Positions 10,451-21,300 of a DNA stretch of 64,000 bases are shown here, piece by piece. The stretch comes from Giardia intestinalis (lineage: Eukaryota), in NCBI GenBank assembly GCA_000002435.2, contig CM018791.1, one strand, 5' to 3'. Numbering within the stretch: the first letter of the stretch is position 1; every line of letters starts with the position of its first letter. The translations under genes and the position numbers were made by a program. A model generated the notes under the pieces. That model searched no databases. It was not told where the DNA came from and worked only from the letters and a program-made list of their open reading frames with translations.

Positions 10451-12358
10451 ATGAACGACATCTTCACCGTGATCGTTGATAAGCGTCTTATTCAGGCTGT
10501 GGAGTATGTAAAGCATCGTGCTGGCAGTCGGCCGGAGGAGATCTGGAAAAACGTGGCACGGTATATGAACGGACTTACTCCTGAACAATGTAGCGAACGG
10601 TATAATTACCTAGTGACCGAGAAGCAGTATGCACCACTTGACTATCGTCCAAAGGTGCCTATGCCCGACGAAGAGCTTCAAGTGACCATCATCGACGGGG
10701 ACAAGAAGGAGACGATGAGTATTCCCAGGGCCTTGTTAGTCAATAACATGGCCTACTTCAGAAACATCCTGGCTAACAAGGAATCTACTGCGATTGACCT
10801 GTCCATTCATTCGGATATTTGCATTTTCAAGTGGCTCATGGAGCACTGCTACCACCTATACCAGCCCTCTGACTATCCCCCTGTTTCACTGACAATCAGA
10901 ATTGTCTTTCCGGTGTTAGTGTCAGCTCATTTTCTTGGGATGCCCAACCTAGTCAACGATTGTATTCTATTTATGCTCAAGGGATCCAATTTCACACAGA
11001 TTCTTTCGTTCAATTATAATTTCTCCTGCATGGATACAGACTTGCTTAAGCGGTTCCTGGAACACGTCCCCCTGCCTATCTTCATTAGATATCTTGGAGC
11101 TAATCATAGCAATTACCTCATCACAAAGTTAGCAAACGCATCCAGTCACTCGCTCCTGCACAAGTTCTCTGATAAGATTCTGTTCTGCGACCAGTGCGGA
11201 CACTTTTGTCTTCAGGAGATACTAGATTCTTCAACTATCTCTAAGCTCTACCCCAACAGTACTTTTCTCAATTGCGTCAATGGATGCTCTAGGATTGATA
11301 GTAGGGGACGGATGACTAGCAACCACAACTTTCGCGTTTGCAAGAAACTCAGCAAAACGATTCAAAAGCACCTAGCCGACATTAAGATATACCCTAAGTT
11401 GACCAGCGTGCACATTTATTGGGCCCTATTTGGCCTATTATTCTGGTGTACATGTGCCAAATGCGAGCAGGTGTTTCCTCTTCAGGATCTCTGTAAGTGT
11501 GAGGCAAGCGGCGGTCAGCACACCAATCATGAGATTGACAAGGTTATTGTTGCCCCAGCAGATACGGATCTTAGATTAACCATCAAAGAAGACCTGTTTG
11601 ATCTCAATAAGAATATCTGGAACAATCTCTCTATTAAGTCTAAGCTTCTTAACATTCTAGATGTCCCCGTTATTCATAACATGATCACGCTAGGGCCTGC
11701 GTGTGGTAATTTTTCAGCAGTTTCGGTAGCTAGGTCTGGGCAAGAATCCAGCACTGCCCCACGAAAGAAAGCTAACATTCCCATTCACGCTGCTGTATCA
11801 GAGGACTCTGTATCAGAAGAGCAGACTCCAGCCGTTAATTTACACACGCCAACACAAGCGAGACCCAGGCAGGAACTTTCAACAAGGAGTACTGTCGATA
11901 CCAAGACAAGAAGGTTAAGCTTTCAGTTGAGGGCACAAAAAGGAGCCGTACAGGAGCCTAATGTTGTCAAACCTAGAGCTCAGCAGTCCGAGCCGCCCCT
12001 AAAGGCACCAGATCCAGACCTATCTTCTGACAGTCAAGATTCCAATGACTGCAGTGAGTTACAAACTCGAATATTTACCCATACAGCAGACGATGACGCA
12101 GTTGGGGTTAAAGGCAAGGCTACAGCAAAGGGGCTTCCCGAGAGATGCAAGCGTTATCTGAAGTTAAAAAGTAGCATGACTGACGAGCAGCGCAAAACAG
12201 TCCTCAATGGCATTGCACACGAAGAAGATGTTTCTAAACTGCGAGCACTGAATTCAGTCTTGATTACTGCCAGAGAAAATGACATAATCAAAAAGGCCCG
12301 CTACGCCTTCGAGAGCATTCCGTTTCCCACATATAATCTCCAGTCACGCGGGAAGTGA
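10451..12358 (+). CDS. Hypothetical protein (635 aa) with an N-terminal Myb/SANT-like segment and a BTB/POZ-like segment, followed by a Ser/Pro-rich region
   Basis: EEIWKNVARYMNGLTPEQCSERYNYL resembles a Myb/SANT helix-turn-helix. VTIIDGDKKETMSIPRALLVNNMAYFRNIL...IDLSIHSDICIFKWLMEHCY resembles the BTB core. Both calls are by eye only. Confidence 0.45.
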   Translation: MNDIFTVIVDKRLIQAVEYVKHRAGSRPEEIWKNVARYMNGLTPEQCSERYNYLVTEKQYAPLDYRPKVPMPDEELQVTIIDGDKKETMSIPRALLVNNMAYFRNILANKESTAIDLSIHSDICIFKWLMEHCYHLYQPSDYPPVSLTIRIVFPVLVSAHFLGMPNLVNDCILFMLKGSNFTQILSFNYNFSCMDTDLLKRFLEHVPLPIFIRYLGANHSNYLITKLANASSHSLLHKFSDKILFCDQCGHFCLQEILDSSTISKLYPNSTFLNCVNGCSRIDSRGRMTSNHNFRVCKKLSKTIQKHLADIKIYPKLTSVHIYWALFGLLFWCTCAKCEQVFPLQDLCKCEASGGQHTNHEIDKVIVAPADTDLRLTIKEDLFDLNKNIWNNLSIKSKLLNILDVPVIHNMITLGPACGNFSAVSVARSGQESSTAPRKKANIPIHAAVSEDSVSEEQTPAVNLHTPTQARPRQELSTRSTVDTKTRRLSFQLRAQKGAVQEPNVVKPRAQQSEPPLKAPDPDLSSDSQDSNDCSELQTRIFTHTADDDAVGVKGKATAKGLPERCKRYLKLKSSMTDEQRKTVLNGIAHEEDVSKLRALNSVLITARENDIIKKARYAFESIPFPTYNLQSRGK

Positions 12359-12378
12359 CACGCATCACCATGTAAAGT

Positions 12379-13350
12379 TTACTCATCTTCATCTGTAGCG
12401 CCGCCCTGATCTTCTGCTTCACGCTTACTTGCTTTAGCTCTTCGTTCTCGATTACGAGGCTTCCCTGTCCCTGTTTCAGGCTTTGTCTCTGACTTATGAT
12501 AGCAATGACCAGTTCCCGCTATTAAGCAACGGTTGCACTCGGGGAAGCTTGCCTTGCAGACGGTTTGTCCAAAGCCGACAAGCAGATGGTTAATATCTCG
12601 CCACTTGTCCTTTGGCAAGGTCTCGACTAGCTGCTTGGCCACATCATCTGGATTTAGCATCTTCCCGTTAGGCTCACACATTCCTTTTTCGACCCATCTC
12701 AGCCTCTGCGCTATGCGGCACACGTGCGTATCCACTGCTATTCCCTCGACTTGGCCATAGACGATCTGAACCAACAAGTGCCCCATTTTTGGTCCAAAGC
12801 CGGGGAGCTTTAGAATACCCGCGAGGTCCTTGGGAATATCGCCCCCATAGTTGTCTAGGCATATCTGAGCAACGTTCTTCATGTACTCTGCCTTTCTTCG
12901 ACAGAAGCCCACTGGATGGATTATCCTCCCCAACTCATCTAGTCCAGAGTCCACCACGTTCTTCGCTGTCAGCCTCCACGCATCAAGCTTCATTAGGTTG
13001 TCAATATCGATAGGAAAGTTCTTCTTGAGCATGGCTTCTGCTTTGGTGGACTTCTGCAGCCCCTTCGTCTTTTCTTCAAACTCTGCCTCGAGCTTCTTTA
13101 AACGCTCTTTGTCAAGGCCGTCAGGGGGCACTGGAAGCATATGATTAAGTTTGTACATGGCGGCAGCGGTTACTCTATCCAGATTTCTGGCAGACAGGAG
13201 AAGGCCTATGGCAAAGCGGAAGCGACCATCTGGAGTTTCTGTTGTATCCGAGAGCATGTGCGCCCCGAATACATCGACGGGGCAGACATACTCTGCCCGC
13301 ATTGTCTCTATTTTCTCCCATGTATCCTCAAGATCCGGGATCGGAGCCAT
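12379..13350 (-). CDS. NTH1: Endonuclease III (Nth) homologue, HhH-GPD DNA glycosylase with a [4Fe-4S] cluster loop
   Basis: HhH-GPD elements LPGFGPKMGHLL and VDTHVCRIAQRL (catalytic Asp). C-terminal CKASFPECNRCLIAGTGHC Cys ladder. ATG confirmed (cat at 13348-13350) with AT-rich upstream on the minus strand. Confidence 0.8.
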   Translation of the reverse strand: MAPIPDLEDTWEKIETMRAEYVCPVDVFGAHMLSDTTETPDGRFRFAIGLLLSARNLDRVTAAAMYKLNHMLPVPPDGLDKERLKKLEAEFEEKTKGLQKSTKAEAMLKKNFPIDIDNLMKLDAWRLTAKNVVDSGLDELGRIIHPVGFCRRKAEYMKNVAQICLDNYGGDIPKDLAGILKLPGFGPKMGHLLVQIVYGQVEGIAVDTHVCRIAQRLRWVEKGMCEPNGKMLNPDDVAKQLVETLPKDKWRDINHLLVGFGQTVCKASFPECNRCLIAGTGHCYHKSETKPETGTGKPRNRERRAKASKREAEDQGGATDEDE

Positions 13351-13371
13351 TTAATTGTAGTATTTTTTGAA
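13351..13371. promoter_or_regulatory. 21-bp AT-rich bidirectional initiator between Nth (-) and the NTase gene (+)
   Basis: The sequence is ttaattgtagtattttttgaa, flanked by a start codon on each strand. Confidence 0.5.
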
Positions 13372-15327
13372 ATGAACGATTCTTCTCACGAAGCCCTTTG
13401 TCCAGAGTGCCGCGGACGGTATGGCTTCTCGTCGCTGGCAACACACCTATGTTTGGAACATGGGTTTTGTCCTTTTTGTCCCTCTGAAAAGTACATCACA
13501 GAAGATTTGTATCCTGAGTTAATTTGCACACGGAAAGAGCTGGTGGGTCGGCTAGCCCAGGTCTATCGGAAGGTAGCCAGTGACCTTCTTGCGCCACGGG
13601 AGACTGGCTTTTCTCTTGAAGCCTGTAGCTCAATCTATTCGACATATATAGCGTCGTTCTCTCTCCTACGCAAATTTCCTTACGGCCTTTCACCTCCTGT
13701 TGCAATGCTTGTGCATCTTATCATTGAGCATCCAGCAGTAGGATATAGGTTATTGTGCTCATTGAGTGGTGCTGAATCCCTGACAGCAATTTATGCCCTT
13801 GCTTCTTACAGCGAGCTGGTGCCACAAGAAGATGCTCAACTTTGTCCTGATTGCTTTCTCTTTTACACTGACCCAGCCAATCACCACAGTCAGTGTAAGA
13901 GATACTATAGATATCATTTTAAGCATCACCTTCACTATCAGGGCTGTCTAACAGATTGCTTAGCAGGCTCCATGTCATCTGCATATGCGTCAGCTAGGAC
14001 GATCATTGGCCAGTACTTTTGTCCAGAGAGTTTAAAGAACAATCTACACTGTGCTCGATACTATATGAATCTATATGCACCAGTTAGCTCTACTACAGCC
14101 AAGAGTGTGGAGGACAGCCTACGGGGCTATCTTACCCGCTACCCCGTATTCACATCCCTTAGTTACCCAGACAAGGCATACAAAGTCAAGTCTTTCGAGC
14201 TCCAGGGCTCGTACGCTTTTGGCAAGGCCACCATTTACTCAGATATAGACTTTCACCTCGTTATTCTAAAGCTTGAGGGTGTGGAAATGAATGACTTGAC
14301 TTCTGAGGACACAAAAGACTGCTTGTCCTCTCTGATCAGGCACCTACAGGCACCCTCGGCAGGTGAGTGGCTGAGCCAGTTCTCGATGGATAAACCAATT
14401 AAGTATTGCAGGGGTACTACAGGGTTCATAGAGTTTTCACTTAAGAATGCAACGCAATCTGTTAGCCTAGTATTTGGCAGCCAACACCATCTATCTGCTG
14501 GACGGCGGCGACTTGCAATTATGCGGTCCTTTTATCTCGACAAGCTCGCCATCTATGAACGTGCAGAGGGGTTCCTAAAGCAGTGGTTGTTTATGAGTAG
14601 GACAACCGAGGGTAGCACTGCAATGGGCCTCACAAAGTTTGCATCACTGACCATCTTGCAGCGCGTGTGCCTTTTTACTGATGCTGGCAGTCTTCTCCGG
14701 CGGTTCATTTGCTATGATTCAAGTGAAACCTACGAGGCCATGCTAGATCCGCCTTCTGTTGACAGTGTAACTTTTAGCGAGTCGCTGACTCTTTATCAAT
14801 ACGACTATAATGTACGCGGCATAGAAAAAACTATTAACCTTGCTGGATTGCATCCAAACCCCGAGTTAGTTGATCCAGCAAAATTCAAACAACTAGCGAT
14901 TGACCACTGTGCTGACAATAGATCAAAACGTGATATTCTTGACGCCATATTGCAGTTAGCAGATACTCCTGAGGAGATCTCGTTCATCTGGGCCTTTACT
15001 CTCATCCACGAGGTATTGCGCTACCACCGAGACTTCTATCAGCAGACACTTAGATGTAAGTTGAGCTCCGATCAAGAAATGTCAACAACGAATGTTCTGT
15101 ACAGTCTGCGTGATTTATTGAGCATCTCTAATGACTTGGAGCCCATTTCCACGGAAACGCGTACGTGTGTATCTGCACACGTGACAAAAACCATGACATT
15201 AGCCTGTGCATTTAGAATACTCTTAACCGTGGAAACAAGCATGCTGTTTTTGCGATACTTTCTACCCACCCCTCCGCACTGCAGCACAGCAGATCGCGAA
15301 GTTCTTCATAAACTCATTGCAATCTAA
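13372..15327 (+). CDS. Cid1/Gld2-type (Pol-beta-like) nucleotidyltransferase candidate with an N-terminal C2H2-like zinc finger (651 aa from the ATG at 13372)
   Basis: CPEC-x12-HLCLEH is a C2H2 pattern at 13399-13465. GSYAFGKATIYSDIDFHLVIL at 14206-14256 matches the NTase hG[GS]x9SDxD signature (compare Cid1 GSLESGLALKNSDMDL). The ORF-track start at 13141 overlaps the Nth gene by 210 bp. The in-frame ATG at 13372 has a classic AT-rich initiator (gtagtattttttgaaATGaac) and removes the overlap. Confidence 0.55.
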   Translation: MNDSSHEALCPECRGRYGFSSLATHLCLEHGFCPFCPSEKYITEDLYPELICTRKELVGRLAQVYRKVASDLLAPRETGFSLEACSSIYSTYIASFSLLRKFPYGLSPPVAMLVHLIIEHPAVGYRLLCSLSGAESLTAIYALASYSELVPQEDAQLCPDCFLFYTDPANHHSQCKRYYRYHFKHHLHYQGCLTDCLAGSMSSAYASARTIIGQYFCPESLKNNLHCARYYMNLYAPVSSTTAKSVEDSLRGYLTRYPVFTSLSYPDKAYKVKSFELQGSYAFGKATIYSDIDFHLVILKLEGVEMNDLTSEDTKDCLSSLIRHLQAPSAGEWLSQFSMDKPIKYCRGTTGFIEFSLKNATQSVSLVFGSQHHLSAGRRRLAIMRSFYLDKLAIYERAEGFLKQWLFMSRTTEGSTAMGLTKFASLTILQRVCLFTDAGSLLRRFICYDSSETYEAMLDPPSVDSVTFSESLTLYQYDYNVRGIEKTINLAGLHPNPELVDPAKFKQLAIDHCADNRSKRDILDAILQLADTPEEISFIWAFTLIHEVLRYHRDFYQQTLRCKLSSDQEMSTTNVLYSLRDLLSISNDLEPISTETRTCVSAHVTKTMTLACAFRILLTVETSMLFLRYFLPTPPHCSTADREVLHKLIAI

Positions 15328-15328
15328 G

Positions 15329-18300
15329 CTAAATAAATCTTACCCCAAAGAAAGGATTATGCTCTAGCCATTCCTCGCTACTGATGCTTGTTTTGTTGGG
15401 CAAGTAGACTACGGGCTGGATGCGTCCTCCTATTTTGATAGGTACGGGGACCATGTTGGCAGGAACCCGTAGATACGTGTGCCTGTGGCTGCCCGCTATT
15501 GATGTCTGTCTGGTTGTTGTGTTGTTGGTAACTACGCAGTAGGCGTACAGCTCTAAGCAGTTATTATATCCATGCGCTCTTTCGACAGTGTCAGCGCAGA
15601 CAGTTTCTAACACGGCGTCATATGATATCCTGAAGAGCTCAAGATTTCTGAGAACCACGTAGAAAGGACATTGATTTTGGCGGTCTGTGCCCTTGGTCTC
15701 AGTGTCTATGGTGCCATCCTCACGAATCTGCGGCATGTAGCTGGGCTTTTTAATGCTTACGACAATCCTTTGCCTGTTAATGGGGGTCGATGTAAGGACA
15801 GCCGAGTGCATTCGAACAAAGTTGAGTATGTCTCCGAGAATCGGGCCATATGTGCTAACGTTGATGATCCAGTGCGTGGGGAATGAACCAAATCCTACGT
15901 TCCCATCGACAGTGAACATATCTGGAAGACCCACGTTAGGGATAATGTGCTTAAGGATGTACATAGACGAAAGGTTCCTGCTAGGAGATCCGAACGGGAT
16001 ACGCTTGAAGTCCTCGTGTGCCATAACATAGGTCCTTAGGGCAGATGTCATTTTGCTGAGGTCCGTCTTACGGGCAGCATTGACTATTTTCATGGTAGAC
16101 GGAAAGTTTGGGTTAACAACTGTAGAAAGCGTGTTCAGCGTCGTGTTTGACGAGAAAAGGTGACGATAGTAGAACTCCTGAGGAAGGCTGTGTTGGGCAG
16201 CAGAAACCAGATATCTCTTCTGTCGTGAGATTTGCAGGTCACTGGTTTCCTCAGTGCTGTAAGCGTATAAGCGTAGTTGTTGTACAAGGTCCAGTAAGTC
16301 AGAAATGTCATTATAAAACGGAAGAATGTCCAGCCATTCCGTAAATTTTCCTGCACGAGTCGTCCCAGAAGCGCGTTCTGCGGCAAGATTTGGAATGGTA
16401 ACGGTGTTAAGAGAGCGGTGCTCAATCTCTACCAGTTTGCGGACAGTTCCTTCTATTTTCTTAGTGTCGATGGGGCGTTCATCAGTAAGGTCTCCAGCGG
16501 CAATTTGAATTGTGACCAGCAAGTTTTCATAGATATCGTCCTCTTCACACCGAGCAGCCGACTGTACCCCTTGATTGTTGCGCAGAATGCTGGTTCCCCG
16601 AGAGCGAGTAGTAATACTAGACCCTCGTGAGGATAAGTTGTCACTTCCAGCTATAGACTCCCCATCGTCAAAACCGACAAAGTCTCCCTCTCGACCGTCT
16701 CCGTCCATTCCAGTAAGCTGCGTTGAGGCCTTACTGCTTTCTAGCGAAAGGGTAGACTCTGTAATGGAAGTGCTCGAGGAGAGCTCATCTTCCTCGCTGT
16801 CAGAACTTCCTGCAAGGCGCAACTTCTTCTTCGCTGCCTTTTGTGCTTTTGCGCGCATAGTTTCCTTCAGTAGTCGCATGACAACCTCATCATGTACCTG
16901 TTGCTCGGAGACAACCAGCCTGGTTGGTATTATCTTTGATAAGGCCTCAAGCTGGCCAAAGTTGAGACTGTAAATTACTTTCGCGACGCGCTTATATTGT
17001 TTGGAGTCTACTCGATTCATGAGGATTGCACTGTTGTCTCTCAAGAGCGTGAGATTGACGAATGCGCAGCTCTTGAAGGACGTTTTGTCATACTTTTGCA
17101 CTTGCTTGGTTACAGCCCGCAATAGCACCTTTTTGAGCTTGTAAAAGAGCCTTGTATCGTCCATAAATATAGTAGATTGATAACTCAAGAACGAGTGCTT
17201 TAGAGCCAAAAGAACAATCCCACGCATAGTTATAGGGGGCTGGAAGTTTGGAACAGCTTCCAAGTCTATCACTTTAAAGCAAATCATAATGAGCAACGTG
17301 ATGCCGACCATACAAAGATTGAGATAGTGAACAAATGCCTTGCTCAGTGTGCCAGGATGCTGTATGTAGATGTAGTTTGGAACAGTCAGGATTGATATCT
17401 CATATAAAAGACTAGTGAAGTGTTCTGAGTCGAGATGAGTCAGTGCTGGTGAGCTGCTGTGGTTTGCGTTCAGGGCGGAGGGAAACAGAGAAGAAGATGG
17501 TACGAAGATGAAAATAGGGTATGTGATGTCGTATTTTCGTATACTCAGCTTCTGTCTCAAGATGTTGATGACATCTTGGAGCAGAGCCGCCCCACCTAGA
17601 GCAGGGTCTGCCACGGCAACGGTGATTGATTCTATTATATCTTGGAAGGAAAGGTGCTTAGCAAAGTTAGCCCGTACGGTTCTATACGGGTTACTTGGAA
17701 GCAGGTGGATAAACGTGAAGACATGGTCAATGGAGATGATTTTGTCAAAGAATATCAGAGTGACCTGTATGGGCGACGGCCCCATGGCCATGATGTGCTG
17801 CATCTTCTTGTCCTTTAGAATTTGCGGATCGGCATCAATCTCCTGCACCTTGGCATTATATCGCTCAAGGACCCTAAACGAGAAAGTATACGCATCGTAA
17901 AGCTGCATGACGCAATCTGATGCTAAGTCGGGTGGCATCTCTATGTCCTTTCCGACGCTTGTCTTTGTAGGGAGTCCAACAAATGTGAGCAGGTTCCGGA
18001 ACGATAGGCCCATGGCTTGCAGATATGTCTGGACTAACTCCCCGCGCTCTGCAGCCGATGATATCTTCATATCACTTCTGAAATGGCCAGTTAGCCCTTT
18101 TGGTGCGTTAACCGACATCGTCGCAGAAAGCTGCCAAGCGCTGGGTCCACAACGCTTTTCCAGCATCACAGCCATCGCTTCAAAGGTGTCAATGATGAGC
18201 TCAGGCTTCAAGGCATTGGACAGGGAGAAGATAGCAAAGAAGGATTGGCTGTCCTGCTTAGCTAGCATAGGCGGCAGTTTGAACACCTGGTAATTAGATG

Positions 18301-21300
18301 CCATGGCATCCTGCATCAGCGATGAGTACCACTGCTGCAGTGCAGTCTTCTTTTCTGTGTCCTTTGCTCCCTTTATCGTTAATTCGGTAGAGTGCTGTCC
18401 TGCTGCCATATTAGCTCTGGCGTAAAAGGCTAATACAGAGGCGAAGGGCTGCTCACACCTAGAGAAACAAACAAAGGCAGCGTGATGCTTTAGAAACCAT
18501 GTCAGAGAATTGGCTATCACAGGATTGTACCTTCCCAACAGACAGAAGAAGATCCAGGACATAACAACCTTAGGAGACATGGAGGTAACTTCCGGTATTA
18601 GATGCTTGATATTATTCAGCACGTCTGCATCAGCGTTGTCTGCATCTATCTTCGTCAAGGCAAATTTGCTCTTCATATAAAACGCCCCCATAATTTGCTG
18701 GGTTGTGAGAAGTCTCGTAATATCTTTTATGGATGAACGAAGAACAGCAAACAAAGATAGAGCTGGAGCTGTCACGTTTTCCATGAGGGGGTTGATAGAA
18801 TAGGGCCGTTCCTTGCTTATTCCACTCAAGTCTCCAATTGCCGTAGAAAAGAGAATATGTATCAAGTGCCATATCCCAGCAGAAAGCTCTGGAGGGAAGA
18901 CGTTGATAAGCCGGGCCTCTAGAGTCGGAATCATCACAGACATAAGGAAGTTCTTGAGCGTCCCAGGATCATATCTTATACAGAACGCTAGGATATTCTC
19001 GTCCTGCATGCTTACAAGGCCGTTCTGAAGCATATATTCCTCTGAGAAATCATGCTGGAACCGAGGGTCTTTAGCATACTTTTCTTTGAGGTGTCCCTGA
19101 AACGAGGACACGGCCTTGACTAGAGTAATCTTGAAGATAATGAAAAAGTCTCGAGAATACCCTATGAGGGCAGGGAGATGGTAGGCCGAGATCTTTCTCA
19201 AGTAGTAGATAATGGCATTGACAGCAAGCGCTATATCGTCGCAAAGAGCCTGTCCATACGTATTCACGATATCGAATATAGCACAGCGAATGTTGACTGG
19301 CGTGTCAACTAGCTTGTACTCCTTCTCCTTGTCCTTTGATAACATGCTGCAGCGCTCCTGCTGAAGAAGAATCAGCCCCTTTAGTGCGGACAAAAGCTGA
19401 CTAACCTCGGTCTTCCTTGACGAAGAAGCGTGGAGCACAAAGCTAGCTGCAAAGCAAACATGCTGTATACTATCCGAAGACCCTGTTAGTTGCGTAACCA
19501 TTTGGTTCATAGCAGCTTGCTCCATCTCTCGCTTGGCCACAGTGGGATCAGCTGAACGAATAAATGAAGTACCCATCTGGGACACCTTGTCGGTGGACAG
19601 ACTCAGGACATGTACCATGAGATAGCTCTTAACCTGGTCGCTAGCGAGGTTGATCATGCGTGAGAAGCGCACATTATTCAAGCGATACCGCTCGTTACGG
19701 CTACGAATTCCCTCTGATTCTCCAAAGATCGACTCCAGAAAGATCTGGGACATGATGTGCTTTTGGCTTTGAAGTAACATCATTTCAGTATCTGCAAGTG
19801 CTACCCTGTTTGGTGATGAGTAATGTGTACAGACGGCAATGGTGTTGATGAAGTGTTGAGTGAAGAGCCCTGCGTTTATCAGCACGTCGCCCAGACTCAT
19901 CCCCTGGCTCAGAGCAAAGATGATGGTGTACTTGTGAAGTGCCTGGGCAGTTATAGCTGTCACCGACCCGATGGCAATGGTTTGTCGCTTCCCAATGGTC
20001 TTTCGCGATCGCAGGACCATGAACTTTCTTAGGGTAGTATAGTTGCTTGTATCCGTATTACGAGATTCCATGTTAATGAATAGGAATGTGTACTCTCCAG
20101 TGCTCAGACCTCTGGCAAGGGTTGCGCTGAATTCACGCGGTGGGATGCGCATGTCTATCACCAGAACGCGCTTCTGCAGATCAGCAAGGAGGTTTGTCAC
20201 ATCGTTCAGACGAGGATTTGTTGGATTCATCCCATGAACAATTACACTGGCCACTTGCTCATAATACAAAGTCCCTTGGGCTTCTTGTTTCTTGCATGCT
20301 TCCAAGAAGCACGCCGCCGCTACCCCTAACGTCTCATCAACACAAAAGACCGTGCTTCCAGTAATGTACCGTATAGCAACAGAGTAGAGTCCAAGCATAG
20401 CAGGATCTCCCATGGACCATGGGATGCGGAAGCCCTTGAGAAGCATTAGGATCGGCCAGTCAGCTCCGAGAAGTTCCACTAAGTGACCCATAAAGGCAAA
20501 CTGTCCATACTGAAGAGTGGCGTTGCATATCATCGTCGGCGAATTTTCGTTGAAATCGACTTTCTTGGCCTCTGGGTCCGGGAAATCCACACTGAATCCA
20601 AGGCTGCTGTAAAGCGCCACTATCATGACATTGAAGCAAGAGATATTTGCGGTTGTGGAGCTTTGATCAAGTAACTTAAGCAATTTCATGGGTATATCTC
20701 CAAAGACACCACCAAGTAAGGCATCTCTAGCGGTTCCTTCCGTAACCAATCCAGGTATCGAGAAAAGAAGCGAGGCTGCAATGGCCACAGAGTCTAACGC
20801 AGCAGAGCGTGCTGCTGCCGCCATTATGCGGAAGTCAGTCTTCAAGGCGTCTATGCAGGTATGGATTAAATCTCGCATCACAACAGCTTCTGCTATGGCA
20901 GTAAGTAAGTCTCGCTGACGCTTACTTGCTGAATCGCTATTCTTATCGTCCTGGGAAACCTGTGCCTTGACAGCTTGGTCAATGGTCTTCGCAACCGAGT
21001 CTGGAGATAGCTCTGTGACGTCAATGGTCTTTGGCTTTGTTTTGCTAGGCGACGCTAAGGCTTCATACAATCTCAATGCGATGAAAAGCGTATTTAGAAT
21101 GGACATGAAGTCAGCAACCTTTAATAAGATAGTGTTACAGATTTGAGAAGCGAGATGTGTGAAGACAGACATCGAGGGGCATGCATTGATGCTGTTTGTG
21201 CTACAAAAGCGATAGACACCAACAGATGCCACCATGAATGTGTGATGGAAAAGTGGCCAGTCCACACTGACTTTGGTTGGGAGAACAACTTCCGTTGGAA

